Of a DNA stretch of 64,000 nucleotides, positions 40,201 through 54,261 are shown in pieces; position 1 is the stretch's first letter, and every line of letters starts with the position of its first letter. Where the stretch lies: positions 80,974,001 through 81,038,000 of the forward strand of contig NC_086097.1 of the NCBI RefSeq assembly GCF_963921235.1. Reading direction: 5' to 3'. The DNA comes from Mobula hypostoma (lineage: Eukaryota). Below the pieces are notes generated by a model. The model saw only the letters and a list, made by a program, of their open reading frames with translations, was not told the origin of the DNA and ran no database searches. The translations under genes were made by a program, and so were the position numbers.

Positions 40201-42394
40201 ATTCATTTGATGGATAATGGTATCACTGGTAAGGGCAAAACTTCAGAATTTATTGCTCATCCGTAATTGCCCTCGAGATGCCAATGGACGTCTAACTCAT
40301 CATCTCATATACATTGGATCGGTACACATTTATCAATGTATTTAGAGGTAATGACCTGGCTTCACACTGATCCAGGTCCAATCATATAATGAAGAATGTT
40401 CAGCTATAAGAATACTCTGCAGCAGGGATTCCCAACATTTTTAATGCCATGGACCAATATCATTAAACAAGAGGTGTGTGGACCCCAGGTTGGTATGGCT
40501 TGTAGACATCTGTGCTTTCACAAGAGAAAATAAACTAATTTAACCAAAGAACTCAAAGGGACTTCTTTCAAATCCTTTGATGTAAAAGGCAAATGAGGAT
40601 GTTGTGCTCAGGCAAAGAGCAATTATTCTACATTAATTTCTAAAGAGCTCTATCTCTCAGTAACCTCTGCATATCTGTAAATGGGAACCACTTCTTCTGT
40701 GCTTAAAAATGTTAAGACACTAATAGATGAAGAGAACATTTAGAATTCACATAAGCTGATAGTAAATAAGGGTTGATTCTTGCTCCTCCAGCTGGTCACT
40801 CAAAGAATGATGAACTTTAATGAATATCAGAATAGTCTTTCCAAAATGTTTGTTTAGTCAATACAGAGAAAGCTTCCAATGCGGGAAAAGCAATTCTGTT
40901 TGATGCTCAGGGACCATGGAATGCTGGCAACAAATGCATGGGTCAAGTACACTATCCTTTCAAACTTCAGCAAGGTGTCACTGCATAGTGGTCAAAGTCT
41001 CTGGCAATTTATTCAATCAAATTAAGAGCAAGACTAAAAATAGAGCAAGGTTAAACATAATTTATTTAATCCTTAATGATTAATTATTGTTCAATGGATC
41101 TGGCAAATTTGTTTAGTGCCAGAGATGGATTTCCAAACAGATAGCAATCTATAGATGTTGTGAAGAATTAGCAGTGAAGACCCCAATTGACAAAATGTGT
41201 AATATCTGTATCATGCCTGACCTGTGTCAGATCTGAAGCGAAAACATTGCTGATTTATCTGTGTATCATAACTGAACTATGCTGGACATAGATCTGACCA
41301 GGTTGAACAATGTTTGGATTGAGGGAGCTGTTCCAGATTGTGATTAGTCTGGCTGAACCAGGCCCTGGCACCTTCGAATCAGAGTTATAGTACAACAGTA
41401 TGCCAAAACTTATTCTTAGGCAATAAGAGCCAAGGGCCATATGTTGGAATGCAGTCACTGCACTGGACAACAGGTCTTGTCAAGTGGGAAGAGTCACATT
41501 CTGTTTTATTTTTACTACCTTAATGTAATTACGTATCTGACTGGATGGTTTACAAGAGCTTTTCATTGTGTCTCAGTACATGAGACAATAATAAACCAAA
41601 CTAGGGTTTCCTTACTGGAACTCCATCGCTGAGTTACTTTTTCTAAGATAATCCAGCATTAGTTCTATTTCCACTTCAGTTGTGATCCAACCATGCTTGC
41701 ATCAAGAGGTATTACAATTTATCGATGTCCGGCTGCACTTTATGAAGCTTGCCAATGTTTAAAGTTGATCCAAGAGTCTTGAAGAAAAGTAGAGGACATT
41801 TTCTATCAGCAGCTATTGTATCCAATGTAATTCGAACAGGACTTGCAAAGTCTCTTTTGGATCGATGTGCTGACACCACAGGTTGACTTAGATGGGGGAG
41901 CAGTTAATGACCAGGAAACCAAGGAGGAATGGGTTTTCAGATCAGCTTTCAGTAACTCACAGGGATCAAGTGCAAAGGCCTTAACTTTTTATCATTTATG
42001 TTGACGACGAATGAAGGGATAAGGTACTGAAACCAATTTTGCTTATGAGACAAAGTAAGATGCCAGAAGGTTGCAATGTGCCTGGTAAAAAGTAAAGGTA
42101 GAATAAAGTCAATGGATCAAACACTGGCAGATGGAGTAAGACTAAAATAATTCTTAACCTCCTTTAAGGGAAAGAATGAAAATGCAAATTATTGACTTTC
42201 AATAAGTCTACAAAAGGAAATTGCTACAAAGGATTTGAGAGTCAAGTACATGAAATTTTTTTTAAATATCCAGATAAGAATTAATAGACTACTGGGATGT
42301 TATCCCTTATTGTAAAAGTTATGAAGAATACAATTAGGGATAGTTTGAGGAACTTTATAGGGTGCTGATAAAAGCACATCTGCGGTACTGAACT

Positions 42395-43190
42395 GTGAAG
42401 TGAAGTTATCCCCTCTGGTTCAAGACCCCGATGGCTAAGCGGTAATAAATAATCCTGAACCTGGTGGTGAGAGTCTTGAGGCTCCTGTACCTTCTTCCTG
42501 ATGGCAGTAGCAAGAAGAGAGCATGGCCTTGGTGGTGGGGGTCCTTGATGACGGATAACATCACTCTCCTGCTTTCCTGCGACAGTGCTCCACATAGATG
42601 TGCTTAATGTTGGTGAGAGCTTTACCTGTGATGGACTGGGCCATATCTACTACTTTTTGTAGGCTTTTACGTTCAGGGGCATTGGAGTTTCCATACCAGG
42701 CCATGATACAACCAGTCAATATTACGGCTTGGTATGGTAACCGCTCTGCATTTGACCACAAGAAACTGCAGAGAGTTGTGAACACAGCTCAGCACTTCAC
42801 AGGAAGTGGCCTCCTCGCTTTGGACTCTGTCTATACTTCTGGCTGCTTCAGTGTAGCAGCCAGCATAATCAAAGATCCCACATTCTCTCTTCTCCTCTCT
42901 TCCATTGGGCAGAAGAAAGCATATACCACCAGGCTCAAGGACAGATTCCCACTGTTACCATCTTGAATGGACCTCTTGTACAATGAGGTGGACTCTTGGC
43001 CTAAAAATCTACTTCGTTATGATCTTGCACTTTATCGTTTACCTGCAATGCATTTTTCAGTTGCATCTACACTTTATCCTGCATTGTATTGTTTCCCCCT
43101 ATTCTACTTCAATGCACTCTGTAATGATTTGATCTGCATAAACAGTATGCAGGAAGGGCTTCACTGTACGTGACAATAAGAAACCAATAC
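42395..43190. mobile_element. Two Rex1/Babar-like 3' fragments joined head-to-head
   Basis: Minus arm ILTGCIMAWYGN...LQKVV and plus arm ITAWYGN...KKLQRVV...AASIIKDP diverge from about 42720. Confidence 0.85.
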
Positions 43191-43694
43191 CACTGCCTGT
43201 TTGAAGCAAACCACAAAAATAATTAAACTTTAAGGAATTCTACACAGAAATGCTACAAAATGACTTTAAATATCTTCAGGTAAACTGCTAGGTTTTGGGG
43301 TTATTAAATCATGACCGAAAGAGGTTGTTCAAACAGGCCAAAGGCATCACAACATCTCCAATGCCCAAGAGAAGCATCAGCACAAGTGTTTACATTGGAG
43401 TAAAATGAGCATCAAGATAGATAATTAAAGATCAAGATCACCCTTTTAAACTCCTGAAAGTTAGTCTGCTACAAGTTAGAATATCCTGATAAAATACATC
43501 TCATATTACCTCCTGGGCCTCATGGCACCTGGTTAACTTGGCTACCAGCTTAGGTTACCAGATTTGAAATAAGACACATTCATGATTGAGAAGTGAGACT
43601 TCACTGATCCCAAAAGTAACAATTCAAGAATATGATTTTGGTTTTATCTGGAAACTAGCTAAAAATCTAGGATCTCCAAAATTTCCCACATATC

Positions 43695-44640
43695 TACAAC
43701 ATAGAACTGTGCAGCACAGGAACAAGACCTTCAGCTGACAATGTTGTGTGGAATTACTTAAACTTGTAATTAAACATCAAACTAAACTAATCCTTTCCTT
43801 CCACACAATGTCCATATGTTCCTCCATTCTATGCACATTCAAGAGTCTATCTAAGAGCCTTTTAAATGCATTTATCGTATTTGCCTCCACTACCACACCT
43901 GGCAGCTCATTCCAGACACCCAGCACTCCATGAGAATAAAAATTTAACTCACACACCTCCTCTGAATTTACCCATTCTCACCTTAAATGCATGCCTTTCA
44001 GTAATAAAGATTTCAACCCTGGGAAAAAGATACCACTGTGTACTCTATCTTTGTCCCTCACAATCTTACGAACTTCTATCAGGTCTCTGCTCAGCTTCCA
44101 CTGCTCCAGAGAAAACAACTGAAGTTTCTTAAACCCTTCCTCACAGCACATGCTTTCTAATCCAGGTAATAACTAGGTAAACCTGTTCTGCACCCTTTCC
44201 AAAACCATCCCATCATTCCTATAATGGGATGCCCAGAATTGAATGCAATACTCCAGACACTACTGAAGCAAAGCTGCAACATAACTTCCAGACTCCTGAA
44301 CTCAATGCCTCATCTAACAAAGGCAAGCATGCTGTAAGCCATCTTTACCACCCTATCAACTATGTAGACACTCTCAGAGAGCTACGGACACGGACACCAA
44401 GATCCCTCTGCACATTAACACTGTTATGGTTCCTACTATCAACTATGTGATGTGACTTGACATTTGACCTTCTGAAGTGTAACATCTCACACTTTGCCAG
44501 ATTAAACTTTACCTGCCATTTCTCCATCTGTATCTGTAACTAGTTTATATTCTGCTGTATCCTAGACGCTACACAAAGTCAACAATCTTTGCACTGTCGG
44601 CAAACTTACTAATCCATCCATCCAATTTTTATCCAAAATT
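43695..44640 (-). mobile_element. Decayed CR1 LINE 3' part
   Basis: CR1 3' UTR (aacatagaactgtgcagcacaggaacaagacc) plus the antisense ORF2 C-terminus. Confidence 0.85.
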
Positions 44641-45599
44641 TTTTTGGCTTGTTACATAAAACCAACTGAGGGACTGAACTCTGTGATCTCCAGTTCACTC
44701 CTCCGAGGCTAACCTACTATTTGAAGGGATGAAACAAGTTCATCAATTATTTGAAGCTGCTGTCAATAGTTTAAGGTAGCAGCCTCTCATCACCTTCAGG
44801 GCAATGAGACATGAGTGCAGAATAGATACCAAATGAGTGATCATAACATATTGAGAAGGGATAATTTGGGATGCTTGCTGTTCCTCAAAAGTCATTTTTA
44901 AAAAATGGTTATTGAAATTGATGTGAAAAAGGTTCATATAAATAGGAAGCAAAGGCAACTGGATGGAATTGAGAGGTTATTTCAAAGTTTGATTCCAAAA
45001 AAAGTATCTGTATTTCCTGAAACAAATGGACGGAATCTTGCATTTTTGGATATAAAGTTGATCTACTAGTTTGCTCTTGCTCTATCTGGTAATTTTCCAG
45101 TAGGGCTTACAGTGTTTTACTCCCATGATGTGGTGCTTAAATACATTAGAACCATATGCAAAATCTCAACTGTCTAAAGATTGACCTGAGATCAACAAAT
45201 GCAATTGCCAAGACACGGGAAGCATTCTTACATAACAAAGCCACTACTACTGATATAATCAATCACTGCCATGGAACATTTTAACACAGCACAGAGCAAG
45301 TATTGAAACAATGTCCACACAGCAATCCCTGAAATGACAGCACGTATATTGTCACACCATAGTATATTCTGGATGAGGAAGCTTTGTCACAACTCTTTTC
45401 ATTTCAGTCATTCTCCCATAGCAATTAAATTAATTTCATGGCAACATATAAAATGTTTTCACAAAATAAGGTTTATAATACATTGACAGCAACTCTCAAT
45501 TCCTGCAGAGGAATAAACTGGGACATCAGCTTTGTATGCACTAAGAGTTTAACATTACTTTGGATCTCATTAACACATACTAGCTAGTTAAGAGTTAAG

Positions 45600-46280
45600 A
45601 TTCGAAATTGTTGAATGTCACCTCCAGTGCACAAGTGTAGAAGAGAATGAAATAATTGTTACTCCGGATCCGATGCACCACAAAAAAAACAGAAGATAAA
45701 GAACATAATAATAATAAAAACAAACACAATAAAGATAAATTAGATACCTTATATACATAGTATGTCCATTAATTGTCTGTAGATGAGGTGACTCTGACAT
45801 GAAATAATAAAGTAGTGTTGGTGGGGCAGGTTGATGAGTGGAGGTGTTGATCAGGCTCACTGCTTGGGGAAAGTAACTCATTTTGAGCCTGGTGGTCCTC
45901 GCGAAAAGGCTGCATAGCCTCCTCCCCGATGGACGTCATGAGCAGCTGAGTGGAACCCTTATGATGTTGCTGGCCTTTTTAAATACTGTAAGTCCTTGAT
46001 AGAGTGGGTAGGCTAGTGCTAGTGATACATTGGGCAGTTTTGACTACCCATTCTAGAACCTTCCTGCTGCAGTGCAGTTTCCGTACCATGCAGCGGTGCA
46101 GCATGTTAGGATGCACTCTACTGTGCATCTGTAGAATGATGTGAGTATTGATGTGCATAGTCCAGCTCTCTTCATTCTCCTCAGAGAGCAGAGGCACTTT
46201 CTTGAATGTGTAGGATGTGTTCTGAGACCATGAGAGTGTGCGAGATAGGCACTCTCAGGATTTGAAACTGCTCACAATTT
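45600..46280 (-). mobile_element. Decayed Rex1/Babar-like LINE 3' fragment
   Basis: SYFPQAVSLIN and RKVLEWVVKTAQCIT..LPT on the minus strand. Confidence 0.75.
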
Positions 46281-46945
46281 TCAGTTCCAAGCTACTGAAG
46301 TACCCAAACTAGGTTGCAGTGGAGAATAAGTGATTTAAAGACACTTTCAGGATAGGGAACATAGGCTAGACAGATGGAAATTATTTCTACTGATTGAAGA
46401 GCCCAGAATATGAATACAGAAGCTAAAAACTAAGAATGTGGCCTTTCTGGAGTGGTCAGGAAAAGCCCTGATGTATGTTTGAAATTCTCTTTTACTAATG
46501 GCAATCAATGCCAGCTCAACAGTTAAATCTAAATCTGAGATTACTGGATTTTTTGCAAAGCACAGATATTAAGGGATTTATGAAGAAGATGTATTAGTGA
46601 TGAATAGAGTTAGCTCAGGAATCTATTTTAATTTGAATGCATAGTAAAAAAAAAAAAGCTCCAGGGGCTAAACAGTTCACCAGGGTTCCTAGAGTTCTCT
46701 CCCCACTTAACCTGGACTAAAATCTCAAAATTGATAAGCCATTTTTGATGAAATTTATATACTTATTCATAATAAACTACAACACATTGACCAATGATTT
46801 GATAAAATATTTCAGCAAAGATACTGTAGGATTGAACTTGTAATTTAGCTCAAAGATCAGCTAGACCACTACCAGCATTGAAACCACTCAAAGGAGCTAA
46901 CTGATACATACTTACAATATGAACTTTGCTAAATCATAATATACA

Positions 46946-47175
46946 TGTTGGATATTTAATATTTCAATAATATTTGAGTAATCTTGGTTGATGAAGCATT
47001 CTTGTTCACTTAAATAATTCCTTATCAGTTTATGTCAAAATACATTAATTGCATCACGCTATCATCTGATATATCCGTGCCTCACCTAAAAGTGAAGTCA
47101 AGTTGGACCTACATTCCCAGACTCCTGAATCATTCTTTGAATTAATTTAATGGTTTAAAGTTACAAAACATAACA
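46946..47175 (+). mobile_element. Short solo LTR, 230 bp, 5-bp TSD
   Basis: Termini TGTT...AACA flanked by ATACA on both sides (46941-46945 and 47176-47180). Orientation is tentative. Confidence 0.75.
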
Positions 47176-47999
47176 ATACATGGTAAAAGAATCTTGCACA
47201 TCTTTTGTACTTGGTATGTCCTGGGCAAAAGTTAAATTTGCTCCTTCATCGCTAATAAAACTAAATCTTCAAGGGTCATGAGACTCCACTAGGGAAAAAG
47301 ACACCGGTATAATTATAAGGGCTCATGTGGTAAAGATCACCAGAGCCATATTTAATTGCACCTAAGATATTTAATGAATTGGTCGACATCTTAATAGGAT
47401 TTCCAATCTGTCTCTGAGCTCAAGGCAAATACCACATGGTGCTGACTTGAACAAATAGACTCCACATCTAAATCTTACAATCATTGATGCAAATTTCACT
47501 TCTGTGGTGGCTAAATAAATTGAAAGGCACACTGGGGTTATTAGATTCACAAGAGGTTTTACGCATCTTAATTCATCTAATCCTTCCAATACCTCTTTGA
47601 TCTTCCCTCTTTCATAGGCTTACCCAACTGCCTCTTAATATGTGTGTGTCACTCAACTGGCAGCAGGCTGTTCATTCTAAACAACAAATAATCTTCTGAA
47701 AGAACAACTCATTGAGATAGGCAGTACTTGTGGGAGGAAAGGAGTTCACAGACACTTTGGTTCAAAGTCTTGCACCTTGATTGATCTAATCACTTAAAGT
47801 GATCAGTACATTCTTATCACTTGAGTAATGCAAATATATCAAAATTGTTTGAAAGTCATAATGTTCACATGTCTGAGCCAAGTATGGCGCCTTCCTCAGC
47901 TTGTCTGTGTTTCACCATATCTCTCTAAAGCAGGGGTCCCAAAACTTTGTTTGGACCAACACCATTGTGCACGAGATCTGTGGAACCCCTGCTCTACAG

Positions 48000-50040
48000 T
48001 ATTTCTACCCATGTAGGAATGACTTTACTGGAATTTTGGAATTGTAGTTGCCACTATCACTTCCTCTGGCAGCTTGTTTCAGATCTCCACCAACTTTCGT
48101 GAGAAGAATTTGCATTTCAGGCCATAAAATCATAGAGTCATATAGCAATATGACACAAGGACAGGCAATTCGGTCCAAATGGTCATGCTGTCCACAGCAC
48201 CCTCTCTGCTGTTTCCAGTTGCCCATGCTCAGACCATAAACCTCCAAGCCTTTCCCTCTATGGACCTATCCAAATGCTTCTTAAATGTTGCAATCGTACC
48301 CACCTTGACCACCTCCTTTAGCAGCTCATTGCAGGTATTCATTACCCTCTGTGTAAATAAGTTATCTCTCAGGTCTCTCCTACATCTCTTCCCTCTTATC
48401 TTGTTTTGGACTTCCCAGCCCTGGGAACAAGGCTATCACCATCCATATTATCCTCATGCTTTTATGAACTTCTATGAAGTCATTCCTCATTCCCTTGTGC
48501 TCCAGGGAATAAAGATTAGTGTGGCCAACCTCTCCCTATAACTCAGGCTCTCTAGTCCAGGCAGCATCCATGCAAGTCTCTTCTGCACTCCCTGCAGCTG
48601 GACGATGTCCTTCCTATAACAAGGAGACCAAAATTGCAGAGTACGCTGAGTGTGGTTTCACAATAACTTGTATAACTGCAATATGATGCCCAACTCCTGA
48701 ACTTGATGTCATGACCAATGAAAACCAGCATGTTAAATGCCATCTTCACAATCCTGTCTATTTAAGCAGACATTTGTAGCCAATTTGTGTTCTCAGGGCC
48801 CCCTTTCCATAACATTCGCCAATGACCTGCCATTCACCATATAGGTCCTTCCCTGGTTTGAATGTCCTTGTATCACCTCACACTTATCCAAGTTGAAAAC
48901 CATTTCCCAAGCATAACTACACTGATTATTTCTGATCAGGGCTAGAGTATTATCAAGATGGTTGATCTTGTCCTTCAGAATTCCCTCCAGTAACTTCCCT
49001 ACAACTGAAGCCACATTCACTGGCCTATCCTTGATATGCTTTTTGAAAAATGGAACAACACGAGCCACCCTCCAGTTTTCCAGAATGACACCAGTGAAAA
49101 CATTGAATTATAACTCTCTGCAAGGGGCACTGCAATTTCTTCCCTGCCCTCCCATAAGGTCTTGGGGTGCACTTGGTCTGGCCCTGCAGATTTGCCCAGC
49201 TTAATGTGCTCCAAGGCTTCAAATGCTGCCTGCCTTTCAATATACATATGATCCTAGTGCCTCACTACTTATTACCCCTCATTTCCTTAGAGAACACAGT
49301 GGAGCAAAAATATTAAAAATTTCAGCCATCTCCTGCCCACTTAAATCTTTTCTCTCTCACTTTAAAATTATGCCCTCTAGTTTTAGACCCCTCCCCCACA
49401 TCTGGGAAAAATGCTGTGACCAATCACCTTACCTATGCAGCTCATGATTTTATAAACCTTTATAACTTCACCCCTCAGCTTCCTTCCTCTGGGGAAGATA
49501 GTCCCAGCCTAGCACGCCTCTCCTTACAGCTCAAGCCCTTCAGCCCTGGCAGTATTCCTGTGATTCCTTTCTGAACTCTCTCTAGCTTAATCATATCCGT
49601 CCTATATTATGGAAATCAGAACTGCATACAATATTCTAAATATGGCCTCACCAAAATCTTGTAGAGTTGTAACATGTATTCAATCCCCTAACCAATGAAT
49701 ACAACCCATACCACTTCTTCACCACTTTGTCCATCTATGCTGCCTCTTTCAGGGAAATGTGCATTTCTGTCGGAGGTCTCTTTGTTCTACAATATTCTCC
49801 TTGGTGCTGTCATTCACTGCGTCTGTTCTGTCCTGTTTAAACTTCCCAAAATGCATCACTTTACACTTATACAAGTTAAATTACTTCTGTATTCCTTTGC
49901 TCTCTTTCCCAGTTGATTTAGTTCCTATTCTAACCCTAGAGTTAACATTTTTCATACCCAGAAAAAAAAACAAAAAAATGTTGTCAGTTGCAAACGTATT
50001 ATTCATGCCATCCAATTCATTAATATATATGACAGACAAA
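48000..50040 (-). mobile_element. Cluster of CR1 LINE fragments
   Basis: GKSAGPDQVHPKTLWE, VVPFFKK...SVVGKLLEGILKDKI and FNLDKCEVI motifs. At least two stacked 3' ends. Confidence 0.85.
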
Positions 50041-50799
50041 GGTATCCAACAGAGATGGGTCTAAAAATAAATTAGTTAAGTAGATTATGAATTGTACAAT
50101 AGACAATGTTTAATTATAATTAAGTGAAATACAAACGTTGTAGATTCCTAGGTTATTAGAATATGCTGCTCAGAAAGGTTATCATTTCTGCTTTTAAAAA
50201 TGTGCAATGAGCTATATAAAACAATTAAAGAAATTTTGTGTCATTGCAAAATAATTTCAAAAAAATACAGCCTATGCTGCAAATACAAACTAAAACAAAT
50301 TGCTAAAGAAATTAAGCAGCTCTGCCAGTATCTGTAGAAAGAGAAACAGTGGTAACAAAATCTGATGAAAGATTATTTACATGAAATATTAATCCTGTTT
50401 TTCTCTCTTATAGGTTATTTTGATAGTTTAGCTAAATTATGCAAAGATGGAGATAGATAAATGTCCTAAGGTTAGTAGACACACAGAACAAAGCGATGGG
50501 TCACGTACTGAGCACTGAAAGTTTCCCCACCTCCAAGGAGTTCAACAGGTTTTATTCTCAGGCAAAGATCCTGTTTTACTGTAGTTGAAATACCAGGTAA
50601 GCACACGGATAGTCAAAGGAGAATTAGCTATACTGAGTCACTCAAGTTAAACAGGAATTTTCTGGAATATACTTTCCGTCAAATTATCTGTGGGATATTT
50701 TTGCCCTCCCCGAGGATGGTGGACATTAGGTGGCTCTTTGGACATTAATGACAAGCTCTGGCAGACTTAACAACAGAATTTTCCTGTCTGTCACATCTA

Positions 50800-51349
50800 C
50801 ACTCAATGGCCACTTTATTAGGTACTTCCTGTGCTGAGGATACACTGAGTGCATGTTCATGGTCTTTAGCTGCTGTAGCCCATCCATTTCAAGGTTTGAT
50901 GTGTTGTTCATTCACAGATACTCTTCTGCACACTAATGTTGCTAATATATCATTAATTGAGGTACTGTTGCCTTCCAATCAGCTTGAATCAGTCTAGCCA
51001 TTCTCCTTTGACTTCTCTCATTAAAAGGCATTTTTATCTGCAGAACTGATGCTAACTGGATGATTATTGTTTCCTTGCACCATTCTCAGTAAACTCCAGA
51101 GAATGATGTGCAAAAAAATCCCAGGAGATCAACAGTTTGAGATTTGCAAATAAATCTGTTTGGCACCAACAACCATTCCACAGACAAGGTCACTAAGATG
51201 ATATTTCTTCCCCATTCTGATGTTGGTATGAACAACAAGAGAACCTCTTGACCATGTTTGCATTCTTTCATGCATTGTATTGCCACATGATGGGTTAATT
51301 ATATATTGCTTTAATGAGCAGGGTTTCATAATAAAATGGCTGCTGAGTA
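50800..51349 (-). mobile_element. Non-autonomous Tc1-like element, same family as 22529 and 30929
   Basis: TA|CACTCAATGGCCACTTTATTAGGTAC ... TAATAAAATGGCTGCTGAGT inverted ends. Minus-strand MGKKYHLSDLVCGMVVGA. Confidence 0.85.
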
Positions 51350-51884
51350 TGTATATTTATAATACTGGTCACTAGTTTGGTGGCCTGGCGAGATCACCTT
51401 TTGAGAACAATTGCCATATCAGAGAATGTATGACAAACTTTCACTCAGGGCTAATATAACAAGATGAATAAAAACCTTGGTGAAGAATTCTTTGCAAACT
51501 ATCATATTAAATGAGCTGCTTCCCAAAGGGGACGAGGAATAGAAGTGTGGTAAGGTTCATTGCTAGCTTCCTTCCTCTTATTAATGATCTGGAACAGGGC
51601 ACAAATTGCATGCTAATTAAATCCACAAATAATATTATGCCGTTGAGTTCTTAACCATGAAGAAAATGGATTACAACTGTATTTTAATTGGCTTGAGAAA
51701 TTAGTCTAAAATAAAGAAATGCATTGCTCAGGTTTTTATCAGATAACTTGCGGCATGGCTTTGATGACAGATAACTTCACAGTCAGCATTGGTAATATTT
51801 CATCGGCATCATTTGCTACCCCACCAACAACAGAATAGGGCTTTTTCAGGCAAATCAGGAAAAAAGCAACGGGATGATTCCCAA

Positions 51885-52000
51885 CTGAATCCCACCGATC
51901 TGTGGAGAAGCAGGACGACATCACAAAAAAAAAACACAACAGGCCGATCCCTGACTGAATCTCACCAATCTGTGGAGAAGCAGGGCCACATCACAAAATA
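51885..52000. repeat. Imperfect tandem duplication, ~70-bp period
   Basis: ctgaatc.cacc.atctgtggagaagcagg...acatcacaaaa occurs twice. Confidence 0.85.
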
Positions 52001-52337
52001 TAAACAGCTGGGCAAATTGTTGACAGTGACAAGACCAGAAGAAAATCAGCACCATTTCTGAAATGAGAAGCATAGTTTAAATTGTTAACTTGCATTTATT
52101 CTCAGATGGTCCCTCAGGGTCCTTCAATTGCAGGATCACCAGTGAGAATCAGCTCCTGTACAGATTCTTCAGCAGAGCATTGAAGATGTTTCTGATAAGT
52201 TTATTTTTAAATGCAGAAACATGAAAATCATTCTAGGAATAAGTCACAGATTTGTAGAATTCAGTGACAATGCTTATGAGTACATAGGTTTCAGAGGAAC
52301 TTTGCATTTATTTTAATTCTGATCACAAAAATAAGGT

Positions 52338-52414
52338 CGCGTGGGAAAGGGAAATGAGGGGCGTGGGAAAGGGAAATGAGGGGCGTGGGAAAGGGAAATG
52401 AGGGAGGTGGGAAA
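52338..52414. repeat. 22-bp minisatellite (gcgtgggaaagggaaatgaggg) x3+
   Basis: Directly visible. Confidence 0.92.
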
Positions 52415-52694
52415 GTGTGGATGGAGATAAATTGAGCACAAAAAAGTAATGCCTTAACAATTCTTCACTCATTCCAGTGTACAGAGCCAAGTTGGAGAGT
52501 CCTATTTTACAAATTTCCTCAGGTCTAGCATTCAATATATAGGAAACAAAATTCATCCCTACAAAACAAACATAAGACATATCACCAAAGGTGCTAAATA
52601 AATGGACAATCCAGCTATCCACAACAAAAACAGAACACTGGAAGAACTCTAGTGTGTCAAACAGCATCTGCGGAGACAAGAGGTGTAGATTCAA

Positions 52695-53005
52695 GTCACA
52701 GAGTCAAACAAATGTATTCATGCCCAACTGATTCAAGCCAATTCAAATTGCTAACTAAGCTAGTCTTATTTGGTGCACATGCCTCTAATCCTTTCCCATC
52801 CGCATGACCGTCCAAGCGCCTTTTAAATATTGTTAATGCACCCTGTCTCAACTGCTTCCTCTGGACCTCCTTCCATCTATGGACGATCCTCTGGTTGAAA
52901 AAGCTGCCCCTCGGGTTGTTAATAAATCTGTCTCCTCTCACCTTAAACCTATGCCCTCCATGGGGAAAAGACTGTATGCATTCACTCTGCTCTGTTCCTC
53001 GTGAT
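52695..53005 (-). mobile_element. CR1 LINE 3' end fragment
   Basis: GHRFKVRGDRF..RGSFFNQRIV..W. Confidence 0.8.
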
Positions 53006-54261
53006 TTGCCTTTGGTATTTTGGGTCAAGATCCTGTAAAAGTACTGACAGGGAACAGGAATAAATTCAAGTAGATAGCAATATGTTTGGGGTGGGGGTAA
53101 ACAGAGTCTGGTCAATGATATCTATCAACCTGTCATTGTGATTGCTCCATTTGTGCAGTTTGCATCTGTGTGCCAGTCCTGGATCTGGTCATGAGCCCTG
53201 CACTATCTAATAATCACTGATTTTGCTGGGTCAAACATTAGTGAATGAAGTGTTGCTCATTTGTGCTGAACTTTTAAGGTTAGTGACAGATTAACCAGTA
53301 AAATCACGGTTGGTGCTTACAGAGATTTGTTACAGACCAATTAACAAACATTTCAGGTCCAGTAATTCTAACCCTGTGTGAAGGGAAGATAATAAACTGG
53401 CTTTGTGTAGCGTGTATTTTTTGGCAAAGTATCTCTCTGCAGTTAAATTGTTTCAACGCCTGGCCTTTTATCCCCATTTGCCCATAATTGCTTGAAAATG
53501 ATCAACTACACACTTCTGCTGCATGAGTGGTGGAAACGTTGATGTTCGTGCTTCAAAATAAGACAAATATAGAATGAAATTACTGCTTCTACATCCACAA
53601 ACACGCAACTTCTGGCTCCCACAGGAGATGGTTTCCAGGGTGTTGATGCGCTACCTGCCAAATTTAAAATTATAGAATAAGGTGAGCTTGCACTGAAGGC
53701 AAGAGACACAATAATATTTCTATTCTTATACTTTCCCATAAGAGGCCATTAAAATCAAGCTATTGTAAGAATGTTCTCGAATGTGGTACAGGTACGAAGC
53801 ACGTTATACAGAAACACCAATTGCAGCAGTTAGGTGATCAAATAGGTATCATTATGGCTCAAAATGAGTGTTTGGCCAAACAGGTGATGACTTAGATTTG
53901 TATCTGTTGCATAAATGATCATCACAGTCGTCCCGGTAACATCCAGCAATTTAATTCCTGCTTTGTTGCGAGATGCTCTTTGGAGCAGGTGGCAGGTTTC
54001 AGTACGGAAATCACCACAGTGTACCACTCGCACTGTTCCTTACTGAGATCAGAAAGGGAACTGTTCTTTAATCGTCATCAGTGGATTTGGCTTTCAGCAG
54101 AGAAGCCATTCTCCTTTCCCCCTTCCCTACCCTTCTGGCAGTTCGTTCTGCTTTGCATGCACTTAGTTCATTCCCCCAGGTGCTAATACATAGTGCCCGG
54201 GAGCCACTAATTTCTCAAAAACCTTTGAGGTAAGAAAACATCTTTCAGCTCCTGCAATCTA

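Noticed and set aside
51885..52414. Short direct repeats as a CRISPR-like array
   Set aside because: Only 2-3 adjacent units, no unique spacers of regular length, no cas genes, and a vertebrate intron context.
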